Shown: piece after piece, positions 62,605 to 64,000 of the stretch
Position numbering within the stretch: position 1 is the first letter of the stretch
Layout of the letters: each line of letters starts with the position of its first letter
NCBI GenBank assembly: GCA_038063415.1
Contig: JBBTVD010000011.1
Span: forward strand, 779-64,778
DNA from: Patescibacteria group bacterium
GTDB lineage: Bacteria > Patescibacteriota > Microgenomatia > Levybacterales > UBA12049
Direction: 5' to 3'
DNA length: 64,000 bases
Program-made: the position numbers and the translations under genes
Notes under the pieces: generated by a model
What the model was told of the DNA's origin: nothing
Seen by the model: only the letters and a program-made list of their open reading frames with translations
The model's database searches: none

Positions 62605-64000
62605 TGCCCGACTCATTGCATATTGTCAAGCAACGCTTAGCGTACGCCAAATTGGTGGCAACACCAACAGATATCGCCTGGTCACAAGCATATAATGCAG
62701 GGAACCTTTTTGCCTCTCTTTCGCTTGCACAAACAACTGAGGAAATACAGTCACTCCCTACCCTTGGCAAAACAATTTTTAGCAATCTTGAAGCAGAATT
62801 TTTTACTCTTGAAGACAAGAACCTCGATGGAATAAAACAGGCAATTGCTGAAAGCATTAAAACACTTCCAGAACATATCGAATTAAGCTTCTGTCTCTGC
62901 TACTTCAAAGATGATCTCCTTTATCTTTTTATCGCAGGATCTGGGAAAATCCTGATCAAGAGAAGAAACTCCTTGGGTGTTTTACTTGAGAAACACACAC
63001 CAACAGAAAGAGTAATTCATAGCTCCTCTGGCTATGCAGACAATGACGATATCTTTATTCTCCAAACAGCACAATTTGCAAAAGACATTCCGTCTGCCAC
63101 ATTGACTGCAGCTATGGAAGTGACACTTCCTAGCGATATTGCAGAGATTCTTTCTCCTCACCTCCATCAGCAGGAAGATGGCGGACAAGCAGCGATTATC
63201 GTCGCAGTACAAGGTATTCCCAAAAGAGATGAATTACTGGAAGAGGAAGAAAGGCAAGAAAGCGATGAAGAACCGACATTGGCAACAGCAATTCGAGAAG
63301 AGCAACAATACAAAGCAGACTATGACGACATGGATGCTTCCACTTCTTCACGCCCAGCTATTTCGATAACTCCTCTCGTAAACAAACTAACGGCGATCAC
63401 CCATAAATTTATGCCAAAGATGCATCTGTCAAATGTCCGGAAAGTGACACTGGCGGTCGCAATACTCCTTATTGTGCTTCTTATCGGAGGTATCGGAATG
63501 ACAAAGTACCGAGAGGAGCAAAAAGAAAAACAGAAACTTTTCCAGGTAACGATTAGCGAAGCTCAAAAATATTATGACGAAGGAAAGGCTCTGAAGAATC
63601 TCAATCCAGAGTTGAGCGAAGAGGCATTTGCCAAAGCTGACGCAATTATTGTCAAAGAACAAGACACCTTTTCTGCAGGATCAAAAGAGGGCAAAGCACT
63701 TGCCACCCTTCGTGACACGATCCGAAAAGAAAAGACACCAATAACGGAGACTGCAAAAGCAGAAATTGCGACAACTGAAGCAACAGACGATGCTTCTCCC
63801 TTTTTGACAACCGAGCAGAAAGTTAATGCGATCAGCTTTGGACAAAACGTCTCAACAATCTACGCAGTGACAAAAGAAGACATCATTGCAATACCAAAAG
63901 CAGGAGGTAATGAGAAATCACTGATTTCAAATGATGATGGATGGGCTGGCGCTGTCGCAATAGCCCCTTATCAAGCGAATATCTATGTGCTTGATACCAA
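62605..64000 (+). CDS. Hypothetical protein, partial (runs off the window end), with an internal transmembrane helix
   Basis: I translated it by hand from the ATG at 62605: no stop through 64000. It is not in the ORF track because it has no in-window stop. N-terminal soluble domain, a transmembrane helix (LAVAILLIVLLIGGIG), then a second domain. Confidence 0.5.

Noticed and set aside
1-64000. CRISPR arrays, rRNA genes, insertion sequences with transposase
   Set aside because: No array of regularly spaced direct repeats and no rRNA-like conserved stretches were seen. The only recombinase is the tyrosine recombinase at 35623..36483, and no transposase-like ORF is present.

Overview
Compact, gene-dense bacterial window of about 42% GC. 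Gene content and organisation suggest a small streamlined genome such as a CPR/Patescibacteria-like episymbiont, but that placement is inference. No rRNA or CRISPR array is present.

Recognisable content includes:
- a thioredoxin/thioredoxin-reductase pair;
- scattered DNA repair/replication genes: an EndoQ-like PHP nuclease, an ATP-dependent DNA ligase, recF, an Fpg/Nei glycosylase, a NUDIX hydrolase and a stand-alone 5'-3' exonuclease;
- a nrdR-nrdJ-pduO operon (B12-dependent class II ribonucleotide reductase with its adenosyltransferase);
- ftsH and murD;
- a gap/gdh/glpX/pgk block and an rpe/rpiB pair;
- two tandem class A penicillin-binding proteins and several cell-wall/division accessory genes;
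- three tRNAs: two with a CAU anticodon, divergently arranged, and one reading as UAU.

The most unusual signals:
- Two families of short hairpin-forming repeat elements that sit in intergenic DNA and also in frame inside conserved housekeeping coding sequences (ligase, Nnr, glycosyltransferase, glutamate dehydrogenase, 5'-3' exonuclease). This resembles Rickettsia-type palindromic elements.
- A conserved ~85-nt structured motif upstream of pgk and between rpiB and rpe.
- A tRNA-bounded ~5.8 kb segment carrying a tyrosine recombinase, RadC, an XRE regulator, a GIY-YIG nuclease and a truncated gene.
- An uncharacterised four-gene block around a VirD4/TraG-like coupling ATPase.
- A two-domain alpha/beta-hydrolase/ATP-grasp protein with a frameshifted paralog elsewhere in the window, next to a PP-loop ATPase.

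I could not identify a known defence system. The candidate novel modules are offered as hypotheses.
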